Shown: piece by piece, positions 26,656 through 39,887 of the stretch | Numbering within the stretch: the first letter of the stretch is position 1 | How the letters are laid out: the number at the start of each line of letters is the position of its first letter | Assembly: GCA_951406725.2 (NCBI GenBank) | Contig: OX597818.1 | Span: 136,090,001 to 136,154,000 of the forward strand | DNA: 64,000 nt | Source: Octopus vulgaris | Lineage: Eukaryota | Direction: 5' to 3' | Program-made: the position numbers and the translations under genes | Notes under the pieces: generated by a model | What the model saw: only the letters and a program-made list of their open reading frames with translations | Databases searched by the model: none | Told to the model about the DNA's origin: nothing

Positions 26656-26878
26656 AGTGTACAATTGGCATGCAACAAACATGGCGGTGTAAAATTTGCA
26701 TAAAACTTAGCTAAATGTCATGAAATCATCAAAGGATTATGAAGTGAACTTTAAAGGAAGGATTGGCAGGGATTAAAGGATTAAGGGGCCTCTAATGCTA
26801 ATTTTGACATCCAGATTCCATTTATAACAGCAGTATTGCTCTACTATCTCCTTTTATCCCTTTTGGCAAGGGATTCTA

Positions 26879-26954
<76 letters not shown>

Positions 26955-26992
26955 AGTGTGTATGTATGTATGTATGTATGTATGTATGTATG

Positions 26993-27023
<31 letters not shown>

Positions 27024-27375
27024 TCCTAAATAGGCCCCATGGTTGGTGGGAAGCCAAGACATAGAGGTACTTTGTCTGTCTGTTTGTTTATGTCCTTGTT
27101 ACGTGATATAAATTATCCAGGAAGATAGTCTTACTAAAAAACTTTTAATTTCTTTTTGTATATATTCATATTTGTTTTTTCCTTAATTCTTTTTTTTTCC
27201 TTCACATTTTTATTTTAGAGATTCTAGACAAAGCAGGATTGGCTGTCTTTAACACAAAGACGAAATGGTCATGGTTGGAATAACTATAACGCAAAGATGC
27301 GATGGTGCAGGTTGGCTGCCTGTAACACAAAGACAAGATGGTCGAAATAGGAATATTTTTTAACACAAAGACGCG

Positions 27376-27790
27376 AGGCGCAGGAGTGGCTGTGTGGTAG
27401 GTAGCTTGTTTACCAACCACATGGTTCCGGGTTCAGTCCCACTGCGTGGTACCTTGAGCAAATGTCTTCTACTGTAGCCTCGGACCGACCAATACCTTGT
27501 GAGTAGATTTGGTAGACGGAGACTGAAAGAAGCCCGTCGTATATATGTATATATATATAAGTGTGTGTGTATATGTTTGTGTGTCTGTGTTTGTCCCCCT
27601 AGCATTGCTTGACAACCGATGCTGGTGTGTTTACGTCCCCGTCACTTAGCGGTTCGGCAAAAAGAGACCGATAGAATAAGTACTGGGCTTACAAAAAGAA
27701 TAAGTCCCGGGGTCGAGTTGCTCGATTAAAGGCGGTGCTCCAGCATGGCCGCAGTCAAATGACTGAAACAAGTAAGAGAGTAAGAGAGAG
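27376..27790 (+). mobile_element. tRNA-derived SINE family D (central microsatellite, CR1-like tail)
   Basis: tggctgtgtggt and gggttcagtccc boxes; CORE-like ccttgagcaa; tail ccagcatggccgcagtcaaatgactgaaac. Confidence 0.9.
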
Positions 27791-28071
27791 AGATCATGAC
27801 GATCAACTGAAGCTGCGATTCTAAGTCGTACCCGGGTGTAGGGAAGAAAAATGACGTTCAAAATTTGTGGCGGTTTCGTCTGCTCGCTCATTTAATCTCC
27901 TTATTTCTCCACATTTCAAAATGAATCAAAATGAATGAAAAAAAAAACCCCATCTTTAAATGCAATTCAAATTATAATTTTAAATCAAATTATAATTTAC
28001 GAAGAATTCATGTTGAAACTAATATTAAATTATCATTATTATTATTATACTAATTATACCAGAAAATATTA

Positions 28072-28488
28072 GGATCTTTTCGGTTTGAACGGCAGTTTTT
28101 TCTAGCGGTGTCATATGAATTTGTCACCCATAATTATGACCCTAGAATCGATCTATTGCTTTTCAATCTCTTGTAGGGTTAGGGTTAGGGGTGGGGGAAG
28201 GGAATCTTTTTTCTTCACAAATGTAAATAAACCCAATCTGTTTCTTAAACGAGGGACATATTCATACGGCACAGAATGCTTTTTACCTCAATAGACGTCA
28301 CTGATTGGTTGAAATTGCAGAAATTGAAGAAAAAAAACCCAACAAATATCTTACAAACTATAGAATTTTCTCAATAAAGGCAAGAGGAAAAGATGTTTTA
28401 TAAACACATTCTACCAGTATACGAAGTTTAAAATTTTTTAATTACCTAGAAATTATGTTAAAAACTGCCGTTCAAACCGAAAAGATCC
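28072..28488. mobile_element. GG-terminal MITE with 8-bp TSD and internal TTAGGG repeats
   Basis: TIR ggatcttttcggtttgaacggcagttttt; TSD aaatatta (28064-28071, 28489-28496); related to 23188-24214. Confidence 0.88.
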
Positions 28489-28680
28489 AAATATTATTTC
28501 GCAAATATATCCACGTAAAAAAAATCTTTGAATTTGACATTTTCTATGTTACTAGGCATATTATGATGGTTAGTGTGAAGTTTGGAGAAGATTTGGTTGC
28601 TATTTCTAGCTTCTTCTTTTGGACCTGCATAAGTTATTCATCTATACAGTACTTGTTTCGAGTTACATGTTAATATTGTT

Positions 28681-28910
28681 AAGGCGGCGAAGCCAGTGAG
28701 CGGGCAAAATCGCAACCGCGTTGGACAAAATGCTTAGCGGCATTTCGTCCGTCTTCACGTTCTGAGTTCAAATTTTGCCGAGACCAACTTTACCTTTTAT
28801 TCTTTCGGGGTCGATAAAATATGTACGATTTGAGCACTGGGGTCGATATAATCGACTCTAACCTCGTCCCTCGAAATTGCTTTCCTTGTTCCAAAATTTG
28901 AAACCAACAT
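28681..28910 (+). mobile_element. Old SINE family B
   Basis: Diverged match. Confidence 0.75.
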
Positions 28911-30464
28911 TGTTGCTAAATATGTCCGATTGTTCGGAAGCGAATTATTAAAATCATCCTACAATATCATGTAAATGGTTAGCACTACAGCCCACAAATT
29001 AATCAATTATCCAGTCCAATTCAGAACATTATTACTTAACCACAGTCATTCCTGTCGTAAAGCATTTTCTCACGAATTTAAAAATCTCGAATGCCAACTT
29101 ACATTCTTCGAGTATAATTACTTCTCGAAACTATCGCTTTAGTAATAAAACACTTCATAAATATAAATGCTTCATTAAAAGGTGATTTAAGTGCTTCATT
29201 GCAATGATCGTGGCGTTCGGTCTTAATATATAGCCTGCTGATCGTGACACGAATCTTAGGAAGGCTCAAAGGAACTTAAATACGATTATTTGATGTAAAT
29301 TATTCGATTGTCATGATGAGAAATTGTCCCGTTTAAGTTATAATAATGGAGAATTGATACCGTGGTTTGAAAACGTCGAACATTTATCGGTGTTTCTTCT
29401 GGGAGAGAAAAAACTATTTAGCTTTTAATGAATAGCCTTCTGCATTATTATTACCTCATTGGACACCTTCATTTTATTTTGGATGTTTTAAAACCAATCC
29501 AGTTTGTGTTGTTGAAGATTCTATCACCAGTCTATTGAAATGTCACACTTATAATATTGTAAACGAAAGGGATTCCCGATTGGAGTAGCAATTACATAAT
29601 CCACCTCATTAATCTTTAAAAAAACACGGACGTCACGTAGTCTCATTTTTCTTTTTCCCTATCTCTTCTGTAGCTCTAAAAAAAAAAAGGTATTGTGTCT
29701 ATGTTAGAAATAGATTTTAACTAGTTTTTTTCTTGTTGGTTTTGCTGTTGAAGGGGAGAGCGACAACGGCGGTATCTGATGCAATTACTTTTACGATGTT
29801 GTTTCACTCACGTCCCAATATTCCAACTCCTCTTTCTCTTTTTCTTTCTCATATTTTCCTTCTTTTGTAAAGGATTTCTACATTTTCTTTTTCTCTCTCG
29901 TTTTTTTCCTGTTTTGTTTTGGTGCTACTGGGGAAATAAAACACTCCAGAATTTTTTTCAACATTGTTAACCTTGAAACCGGCAGATTTCACGCACAGAA
30001 AAATTCTACCGTCTCTGTTCACTTTCTTGCTTAAATTTGTTCGTGCTTTTAACAAATTCATAACACAACATGCTTCCCATTTTCCCCAGATCGCAAATAA
30101 TTAAGTCATTAGTTTCAACCAGAAGAAATAATGCTCTTGTAACTAATTAAATTACACAATCCAACAAATACACTTAAGACTTAGTAATTTCTCTGTGTGT
30201 ATACATTACTAATAGTTTTCCCACATTTTCAAACGATTCACTAAGCCCTAGGATCTTCAAGTGTAAAAGAAACTCGGTTAACCATCAAAGAGATTAAGAA
30301 CTTAATTTTTAATTTTATTGAAACGCTTACTTTTGACTCTAAGAGTTGAGAGGATGATAAAAGTCGGCTCAGAGGTCAGGTATTTCACTAGCTCTAAGTC
30401 TGGATAGTACACCTAATACTTTTGTTTCAGCGATCCAGCCCGTGTAACGGTAAAATATATATCA

Positions 30465-31284
30465 CAAGCAGAATTTAGGCTAGTTGAAATGTGTTTGTCA
30501 AATATTTCAACTGCTAAAAGGCAAATACACTGCAGTTACCGTGGAGGAAAAAAATCTCTCTTAAGGTAAAAATGTGTGAAAACACCCGGTTCGTTCAGTG
30601 TCGCCATCTATTAGGAATCCTAGACATCGACGTTTCGAGTTTTTTGACTCTTGTCAGTGAGATGTACCTAACAGAGGCAACTCTGAATGAATTTAATAAA
30701 GCCGTAGCTTTATATATAACTAGCAGTATCGCCCGGCGTTGCTCGGGTTTGTAAGGGAAATAACTATATAAGCATTTTTAGAGAGTTATAGCCAAAAAAT
30801 AGCCAAAAAAATGCATTAAAAATGGAAAAAAAATTATGGTAAATTTTTTTTTTTAAATCGTTGACTCATCGTAGACATTTTTAGAGAGTTACTTCCCTTA
30901 TATAATAGCGAAAAAAATGCATTAAAATGGAAAAAAACGATGGTAAATTTTTTTTAGATCGTAGACTCATCGTAGACGCGCACTAATACCCAGAAGGGCT
31001 CGATATGAATCACGACTATAAGATACCCGGTTTTGGTTAAACTGCACCGCAAAATGTGGGAGTAGTTAGGAATCTAAATCGTAGGAGACAGACACACAAC
31101 TTCACTTTTATATATAAAGATTCAGTTAACACGTTGACTGATTTGCGCTAGTAAATCGTCTGGTCGAGGTAAACAACGAAGCGTTAGCGCCAAGCAGTGT
31201 TTAGGTATGAGCAGAATTTATTTCAACTTAGCCTAAATTCTGCTCATGCCTAAACACTGCTTCGCGCGAACGCTTCGTTATTTA
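30465..31284. mobile_element. Inverted-repeat element (family of 773-1135) interrupted by a Helitron, with terminal 51-bp hairpin
   Basis: agcagaatttaggctagttgaaat inverted at about 31220-31245; hairpin arms 31170-31220 and 31234-31284. Confidence 0.6.
30720..31120 (-). mobile_element. Non-autonomous Helitron, family C
   Basis: TC...hairpin-CTAG, A|T target. Confidence 0.88.
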
Positions 31285-32280
31285 TCACAAGGTTGTATAG
31301 TTCAATAGTTCATCGTTTCAAGCAGGGCAGTGCTATATAAATGTTATAGGTGTTTTGATAGGTTGTCGTGCTGAATTCATCTCTCGTTTACTGTAATCAG
31401 AAAAAAAAAAAAAACGGGGTCTCAGAAACTTCATCTCTATGTAGAATCTCAGTGGCCTTATCTTCATGTAAGCTAAATATTCGACAAGCAGTTTAGAAAT
31501 AAAGTAAAGGACGGCTCGTTGTCGCGTTAAAGAATAGCTCTGAGTTACAGTTTCACTATTTTGTTTTGATATAGTCCCGACGCATTTACCAGACTGTACT
31601 ATGTTGAGATGTCATTCCATGATAGCAAAATATCGACTTCAGAGGATGCCTTCTTGTATTGACAAGAATCGATATTTTCTTAAATATCGTGAGGGAACTT
31701 TCCAAGTTACTTTTTGTATTTCTTTGTGCAAGCCTGACTGCTTCAAAGACCATTAATTGTCTTTACCAGCTGTTCTCTATTTTTGGTATGTTGGCTTTCA
31801 TTGATTCTGATTGTGAAGCCTCTTTTATGAGTCAGAAGGTGAATGAATGTTTCACAAACAAAAACTAATTCATATAGTCGAAGCATAGGTTATAACTCTC
31901 CAAGTAACGGATACTTGGAGAGATTCAGTGGAATAATTTGGAAAACAAATATGAAGGCCTTAAAGTCACATTTGTTGTCTATTCAGTAAGAACAGCAGAC
32001 TGTCCCTACTGACACTTTCCGCTCCCTATTCTTCGCCACCTTGTTTAAGCAATTTATTTTTGGAATGACATCTGCCGAACAGAGCTGATAAAGCAGTCGT
32101 ACCCAGAATTAGTTTGTTGTGGAACCTATACCTGTAGTTTACAGATAACTCCAGCCGCCCAAATTTTAGTATGACATTAAACGAAACAAAAATTGTCCCA
32201 AAGAATATATTTATATGGAAAAAAAATTATAAATAAATAAACAACTTATTTTTTGATAGTATTTATCATATAAAAAGTAT

Positions 32281-32756
<476 letters not shown>

Positions 32757-33389
32757 ATAATAAATTTTATTCAATATTTTTAAAAGGCATTTAACTCTTG
32801 GACCACTAAGACATTTTTTTAACGGATTACCTCTGAGAAATACTCCAAGAAAGTGTCATGGAGGGTGTTGTTATGCTTCTGAAGTGATGCTGGTGGTGAA
32901 TGAAAATGTCTTTTTAAGGCTGCTTGTAAAAGTGATTAAGAAGACTCATGAACAATTGACAGAAGCTTTATTTACGGCACATCGTATTTTCTGTGTTGCT
33001 TCTTTGGATGAAAAATAAAAGCGACCATTTATACAGACTGGGAGAGACATACTACTGGGATCTACAACGAACTAGTTGGTGTGTATCAATCTGTGATTGG
33101 CCCATCACAACTGGAAAAAATAATCCCGCTATATTCGTGACGGCAAAAGCTGTACCTTCTATCTGCAACAACTGGTGAATGAAATGAGGATGGAGATGTT
33201 AAAGCGACTATCTCAGCATACTGAAATTGCCGTCAAAACACCACCTTTCTATGGAGCTCATTAAGAAATGCTAAAAAGGCCGAATCACGTGATGGCTCGA
33301 TGCTGGTTTGTCGGTTAATCGGCCGATCACATGACACAACAGTGATCGTACCATGCTGTCTGCGATTCGGTTTCGAATCTGCTGTAAGA

Positions 33390-33622
33390 GTATTAACCTT
33401 CTAGTAGAGTCATGTCTGCCGAGGTGAGCTGTCAGTGTATCGAACTTCTAGCAAATGTGACGTCTGTCAAACTGTTAGAATATCGAACTTTTAGCAGAGT
33501 GTCATCTGGTGAGTTGATAAAATATCGAACTTCCAAAAAAAGTGACATCTACCAAGCTGATAGAATGTCAAAACCTCTATCAGAGTGATCTACTGAGTAG
33601 ATAAAGTACTAAACGTCTAACC
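33390..33622. repeat. Degenerate ~42-bp minisatellite, 5-6 units
   Basis: Recurring (a/g)tatcgaactt...gtgacatct at 41-47 bp spacing. Confidence 0.7.
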
Positions 33623-33766
33623 GGAGGGAACGAGCAGTGGCTCGTATCCTGTCAATGGCGCTGCAGCCAATACTTAACTCTGGGTCAGTCTGTCTAGATG
33701 TAAATAGGTACCATTGTGTAGACTCCCCGCTTAGATATTCCTTCTATAAAGTTATCAGCAGTGTTT

Positions 33767-34010
33767 TAAGGTGGTGAGCTTGTAGAATCGTTAGCGCGTT
33801 GGGAAACAGGCTCAGATGCATTACTTTCGACTCTTTACGTCCTTAGTTCAATTTCTGCCGGGGGTCAATTTCGCATTTAATAAAATGCGAAATTTAGGAT
33901 CAATAAAAAAAGGTACTAGTCAAGTCCTGTGGGGTGGAGGTGTCAATGAAATCGATTCAACTGCCTCCACTCTAGATGTCTGGCATTGCATCAAAATTAA
34001 AAAGAATTAT
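33767..34010 (+). mobile_element. Old SINE family B
   Basis: Diverged match. Confidence 0.65.
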
Positions 34011-35499
34011 TATCATTTCACTTTCAGGATCAAAATCCTGTATTTCCCTTGACTGGAATGAAGTCCCTCATCAACACACTCCTATATGGCGCTCAGACGT
34101 GTTGTCGTCTTCTCACACTGTCTCTTTCACTGCAGCGACCTTTGTTCCTCGAATCTGGTCTCCCACCACTTCCACTTAAGCTTTTCTGACTTATTCATTT
34201 CTCTTTCCCTCGTCACAGCATTAACTCTACTTCCAGTACTCGTACTAATCACTACAACCAGTCAATCCTCAGGAATTCTCTTCCTGTTCATGATGGGTTT
34301 TTTCTCTGTTTTTCAAAAACATTAACCACATCAATCTTACTAGTCTCTGACGATCCGCAAAGGCTATGGATGCACTCCCTTCCTCCAGTGCAAGACCTTG
34401 TAAAAAACAAAAAAAAAAGGTTCAAACAAACATTTGATTTGACTGAGACAACCCTAGTATTTGATACTCTCTCTCTGTTTGAATTCTGTTGTAAACAGAT
34501 GGGATACACCGGCGCTCCCTTATTCTATAACCACACATAGGAAAGTGATAGCTAACGCGGTATCTTGAATTAAAGGTCGAAGAAATAAAGCTATATGAGC
34601 TTTTATTTATCTTCCTACTTAGATTTGATGTCTTGCTCGTGACTAAAGACTTTAATGAATGTTTTCACGTTTATCATCATACAAGATTGCTATCTTAAAA
34701 CAGCGAGCAGAATGGTAAACATAACAAAATTTCATTTCAGATTCTAGATTCCTTTTTCTTTCGTTGAAAACTTTCATTATGATTCCTCGCTTATAAACAA
34801 CACGAAAGTGGAGTAAGAAGAAAGTAAACAGCTCTTCTCCCTCCTTTTACGAGAAGTGAATGAGTCTTGATGTAATATAGTTTTAGGAAATCCTAAATAG
34901 AAATATAATCCTCGCAATCCTTTGCGAGGGGCCATCCTCTTCCCCAAAATAATTAATGGCATATTTTCAAATACAAAAATGAATGGGTTATCCCTCTCTT
35001 TTCGTTGTGAACATATTTCCAACAATAAGATTTATAGTTTACGACCATTTAAATTTTATATTTCTCATTGTCATTCCCTATCTTTGATTATTAAATCAAC
35101 TGCTAATGAGTACAAAAGAGTAAACGTTTTGTTTTCAGTTGTTATAGACATTTATTATATATTTATCATGCTATTCTACAGAGCTAAACGATCAATCAAT
35201 TTTCTAGATTTTGTAATCACAATTATCCTATCAACTAACTTACTCTGTGAATGATGACGTATTGTACAAAAAGGATATGTACAGCTATTTTGTAATTTGT
35301 GTTAATGATCTGAGGCCGGTTACTTTTTGAAGTCATTTAATTCTACATGTTTTGATAATACTTTGGGGAAGATATGAACATTCACAACATCCTATTCGTC
35401 ACGCGAATAATTTGTACACTTCCTATCTATGAGAAGGATGAACTGTCTCACAGGAGTACGAGAGATGAATGTCTATGAATATTAACATCAATGACATTT

Positions 35500-36240
35500 T
35501 CCATAATGTGATTTCTAAACAATATCCATCGTCTTCCCGAGTCTCTTAAGTCACACATCAACGGTCTCTTCTAAATAGAGATGCTGCCTTTATCATCATC
35601 AAAGCTTTCGACCAGTGAAAGCTCCCAAGCTAAATTGGCTGCTTATGGGATCCATCAGTTACCCATTTCTTGAATTACAAATTTTTTGTTAGACTACAAC
35701 CATTGTAGCGTGCTTTTACGAGACTGCGATACATAATTTATCGACTCTGTAATTCGAAGTTCGGTTATGTTTCCTCAACTTTTCTTTATAGCAATGGCTT
35801 TTCAACCACACACAAGCTCACAAAGACGATGCAATTTTTTACTCTTCCTTAACCTTTCGCATACAGGCAATATCTTCACGAAACCTAGATACTTCATTCA
35901 GATTTGCATTATCCTTCAATGATGACCTAACAACTTAATGCCCTTCAACGGCATTAATACAAAAACCCCATAAAAGAAGGAAATAATCTTGCACTTATCC
36001 TATATTATGCATGAACTGCACACAACTAAAGCTCTTGTCCTCGTTACAGTTACCAGATCTCACTATCTCTTATGATCTTACCTGCTGATCTCACATATTT
36101 GATATTGCATACCGAAAGGCAAGGCTTCCTTTTTCGTTTCTTCACTTCTAAACAGTTGCTAACTCTCTACAAAATTTCAGTGAAATGATATACGACTAAT
36201 ATATCTACCAGCAACTGTTGTGACTATTACTGCAGACATA
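35500..36240 (+). pseudogene. Highly decayed LINE reverse-transcriptase remnant
   Basis: KAFD.. then KLAAYGIH...ITNFL at about 35600-35690, typical of CR1/Jockey-group RT; many stops. Confidence 0.5.
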
Positions 36241-37044
36241 GACCTCTAAGACAACGTCGAAAAAAAATTGCCATCTAGCAACAATTTACCATTGGCAAAT
36301 GGAAGCAGTATAGCCGAATGGTTAAGAAGTTCATTCCACAATCATGAGCTCTTGGGTTCCATCATATTGAGCGGCATCGTAAAACAAGCGCCTTTTACCA
36401 TGGCCCCGGGTAAATCCAATTGAAACTGGGTAGACGGAAACTGTTTGAAGCCTGTCACTGGAAAGGCCAGGTTTGTCACAGACTGTGTAACGCTTGTTCT
36501 GCACGAATATTGTATTAAGAGGATTCGTTTTTGTGGAAAAATCAGCCACTTATACGCTATTTCAATAAATAGGGAGTTGAGTTGATTGAGCAACTAGATA
36601 CTCATCGTTGAAATCGACGGAGATCCATTAACCTTACTTTATCTTTCATTCGTTTCTGATATTGGGCTGCAGCTATGCTGGGGTACCATCTTGAAGGGTT
36701 CTAGTCGAATAGGTCGCCCCCGTATTTATTTTTTAAGCGAAATACTTATTCTAGAGGCCTCTCTTTGCTGAACGGCTATGTTATAGGACGTAAACAAACC
36801 AACAGCAATTATCAATTGGATTGGGAATGGGGACCAGCTCAGGCACAAAGACACACGTATGAGCCAAATTGATATCACCATTCCCATCAAATGGTACTTT
36901 CCCATTTCCTTCTCATAATCCCAATAATGTCTTCTGTCATCCCCAACCCTACTCTGTTTTTCTCAGTTTCTTCTCTCTTGAACTACATCACTCAGAAACT
37001 ACCCAGTAAAAGTTACACGCCAGCCAGCCAGCCCGCGGCTGACG

Positions 37045-37172
37045 CTGCTGCGGCTACCGCCACTGCCGCTGTTGCTATCGCCTCCGCTGCTGCTACCGCC
37101 ACTGCCGCTGTTGCTATCGCCTCCGCTGCTGCTACCGCCACTGCCGCTGTTGCTATCGCCTCCGCTGCTGTC
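37045..37172. repeat. 39-bp GC-rich tandem repeat x3
   Basis: gctaccgccactgccgctgttgctatcgcctccgctgct units. Confidence 0.9.
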
Positions 37173-37199
37173 ACCACAAAAAATTCAGCAACGTCGACA

Positions 37200-38170
37200 C
37201 GCAAATAAAATTTGAAATAGAACACCTGAACGAGTCTGGAATCCTTTCTCTGCTTAATTTCCAAATCAGTATCACGGAGGAGGGTTCCAGCTATACTAAG
37301 TTTCACAAGAAAGCTGCCAGTAGGAATATGTTCGAACACTATGAATCAGACTTGCCCACCAGAGCCAAAGCTGCATACGTACGAAACGAAATCATACGCA
37401 TAAGCGACAGAAGCAGCGATACAGTCAACAAAGCTTCCAACCCCAAACGGTAACTCAAGAACGTAATGCACAACGGCTATCCTCTATCTTTATCCAAACG
37501 TCTGCATTGAAAAAACATTAAAGTGAGTAAAACATAAGAAGGCCCATAATCCTAAGTTTGACATGTGCTTCCTTAAACTATACTATTTCGATGACAGAAC
37601 CACTGGCGCTATACAATATGTTAATCGACAGGGAGGCACTCAACATATAAAATGGAGCTTACTGGTCCATCCCCAAGGAAATTTCTAGGAATAATACTTT
37701 AGATAGGATCGTGGAGAACACACTATCCAATTGCTTAATCAACGACTTCAAATTGTTCTCGAGGGCCTATATTGTATACGAGGGAGTCTACAGTAAATGT
37801 GGAGCTACCTCCATTGGGGGCACCACAAGGATTTGCATGTTCGAATCAAAGAACATACGTGCACAGACACTTCAATAAAAAAAAACACCAATAGAAGTGT
37901 CAGACCCAGAATTTCAAGGTATCCATCAGGGCCACTCAACACAACAGAGGCAAACTGAGACCGGCCATTAACAACAGATAAATGCTACACGAAGCTGAAT
38001 GGTTACTATAGCAACCCCTGTCTGTATGTCACCTTCCTCCCCAACACATCTGAGCAATGACCTGTTTCCATTTCTTGCTTTTCCACATGTCCTGAGGAAG
38101 AGGTAATAGTCCCGAAATATAGAAATATAAGGTAAACAACTTTGTTTAGTTTTTTTATAGTTTACTTTAT
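37200..38170 (+). pseudogene. Decayed Penelope-like element (end of RT, GIY-YIG endonuclease, pLTR)
   Basis: HNGYP at about 37470; IVYEGVYSKCGATSIGGTTR/LHVRIKEH at about 37770-37856; degenerate ctgagga..cgaaat at about 38091-38118. Confidence 0.72.
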
Positions 38171-38227
38171 ATATTCTTGCATCTATCAAGTCTCTTTAAT
38201 GTAATATCACACAATGCTTCACCAAAA

Positions 38228-38349
<122 letters not shown>

Positions 38350-38718
38350 CTCTCGCATGATAAGAGCATATGTCATTAATCTTGTGACAAAGCCTATTTT
38401 TGATTTTCTAAACGGATTTTGAATATTGATAGTAGGTACATATTTTTGTAAGTATACATTATATTTACAGAACTATGAATATACTGTATACATAATTTAT
38501 ATAGTGCACACATACACACATACGCACACGAAACCTCCAATGTATAAATTCTCGACAACAAATACTGACCAACATATATTCATTATTCATAAGCTCTTTT
38601 TCAAAATTTTTCTTTCGTTTTATTTATTCTAAAATTTTTTTGCTGAATATTTTCTGAACATTAGACGAAACTTATTTAGTTACAAATTTATTCCTAATAT
38701 CCAAAATAGCATTATATA

Positions 38719-38789
<71 letters not shown>

Positions 38790-38790
<1 letters not shown>

Positions 38791-38982
38791 CGGGAAGCTT
38801 TATGAAAATAAACAAAAGACGAAGGCAGGTGGAGTACAAACAAACAATTGTATTAGTATGGCGCTCAGGAATATAAATAAAACAAGTCTTTTACGTTTCG
38901 AGCCTATGCTCTTCGACAGAAAGATACACAGAAAAGAAACACGGAGAGAAAAAAAATGCGTGCAGAAGCTAGCGAATCAACA
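38790..38982 (-). mobile_element. Penelope-like fragment in (TA)n with hammerhead motif (38887-38924)
   Basis: tcttt-CTGTCGA-a-gagc-atag-gctc-GAAAC-GTA-aaaga. Confidence 0.68.
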
Positions 38983-39046
38983 TATATATATATATATAGA
39001 TAGATAGATAAACGAGTAGTATAAGGTGTCGATTCAGAGAATCGAG

Positions 39047-39209
39047 GAACTTCTTTCAGTTTCCGCCTACCAAATTCACTCACAACACTTTAATCGGTCC
39101 GGGCTTATAGACGAAGACACTTGTCCAATGTGTTACGCAATGGGGCTGAATCTAAGATGTCGCATGGTTGGCAAGCAAACTTCTCAACCACACAGCCATG
39201 TCTGCGCCT
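39047..39209 (-). mobile_element. Old SINE D, 5' half
   Basis: Diverged match. Confidence 0.7.
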
Positions 39210-39321
39210 CTTTGTATTATTTTTACTTTTTGTTTTTTGTTTGCTAAAATCCCTAAACTGAAATATAACGATCCCATAAGATAGTTTTGTATATCTTGTT
39301 TATTTAGCTACAGTAGAATAA

Positions 39322-39709
39322 GTGGAGGCGCAATGGCCCAGTGGTTAGTGCAGCGGACTCGCGGTCGGAGGATCGCGGTTTCGATTCCCAAACCGGGCAT
39401 TGTGTGTGTTTATTGAGCGAAAACACCTAAAAGCTCCACGAGGCTCCGGCAGGGGATGGTGGTGATCCCTGCTGTACTCTTTCACCACAACTTTCTCTCA
39501 CTCTTACTTCCTGTTTCTGTTGTACCTGTATTTCAAAGGGCCGGCCTTGCCACTCTCTGTGTCACGCTGAATATCCCTGAGAACTACGTTAAGGGTACAC
39601 GTGTCTGTGGAGTGCTCAGCCACTTACACGTTAATATCACGAGCAGGCTGTTCCGTTGATCGGATCAACCGGAACCCTCATCGTCGTAATCGACGGAGTG
39701 CTTCCATCC
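39322..39709 (+). mobile_element. SINE family A
   Basis: Full length. Confidence 0.92.
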
Positions 39710-39887
39710 ACTCCGTCATTTAATGTGCTAAATCGAAAGATCGTAAAAACAATTTAATTTGTAACAACAATAACGACATAATAGCGACAACAACAACGTA
39801 AACAGCAAATGAAATAAATTGGTTCCTTATGCTGATGTAATGATAGATTATATTGGAGAGAAAACGAGATTGCATAATGCTCATGAC

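Noticed and set aside
25729-26682. 317-aa ORF, the longest in the track
   Set aside because: Translation of (TATC)n/(TGTC)n and a pyrimidine tract.
31500-32200. Possible decayed LINE ORF
   Set aside because: Many stops and no diagnostic motif recognised.
33390-33622. CRISPR-like periodicity
   Set aside because: Eukaryotic context; whole units are homologous with no unique spacers and no cas genes.
36891-37208. Ala/Thr-rich ORF resembling type-I antifreeze repeats
   Set aside because: Produced by a 39-bp GC-rich minisatellite that is open on both strands; no splice or other gene evidence.
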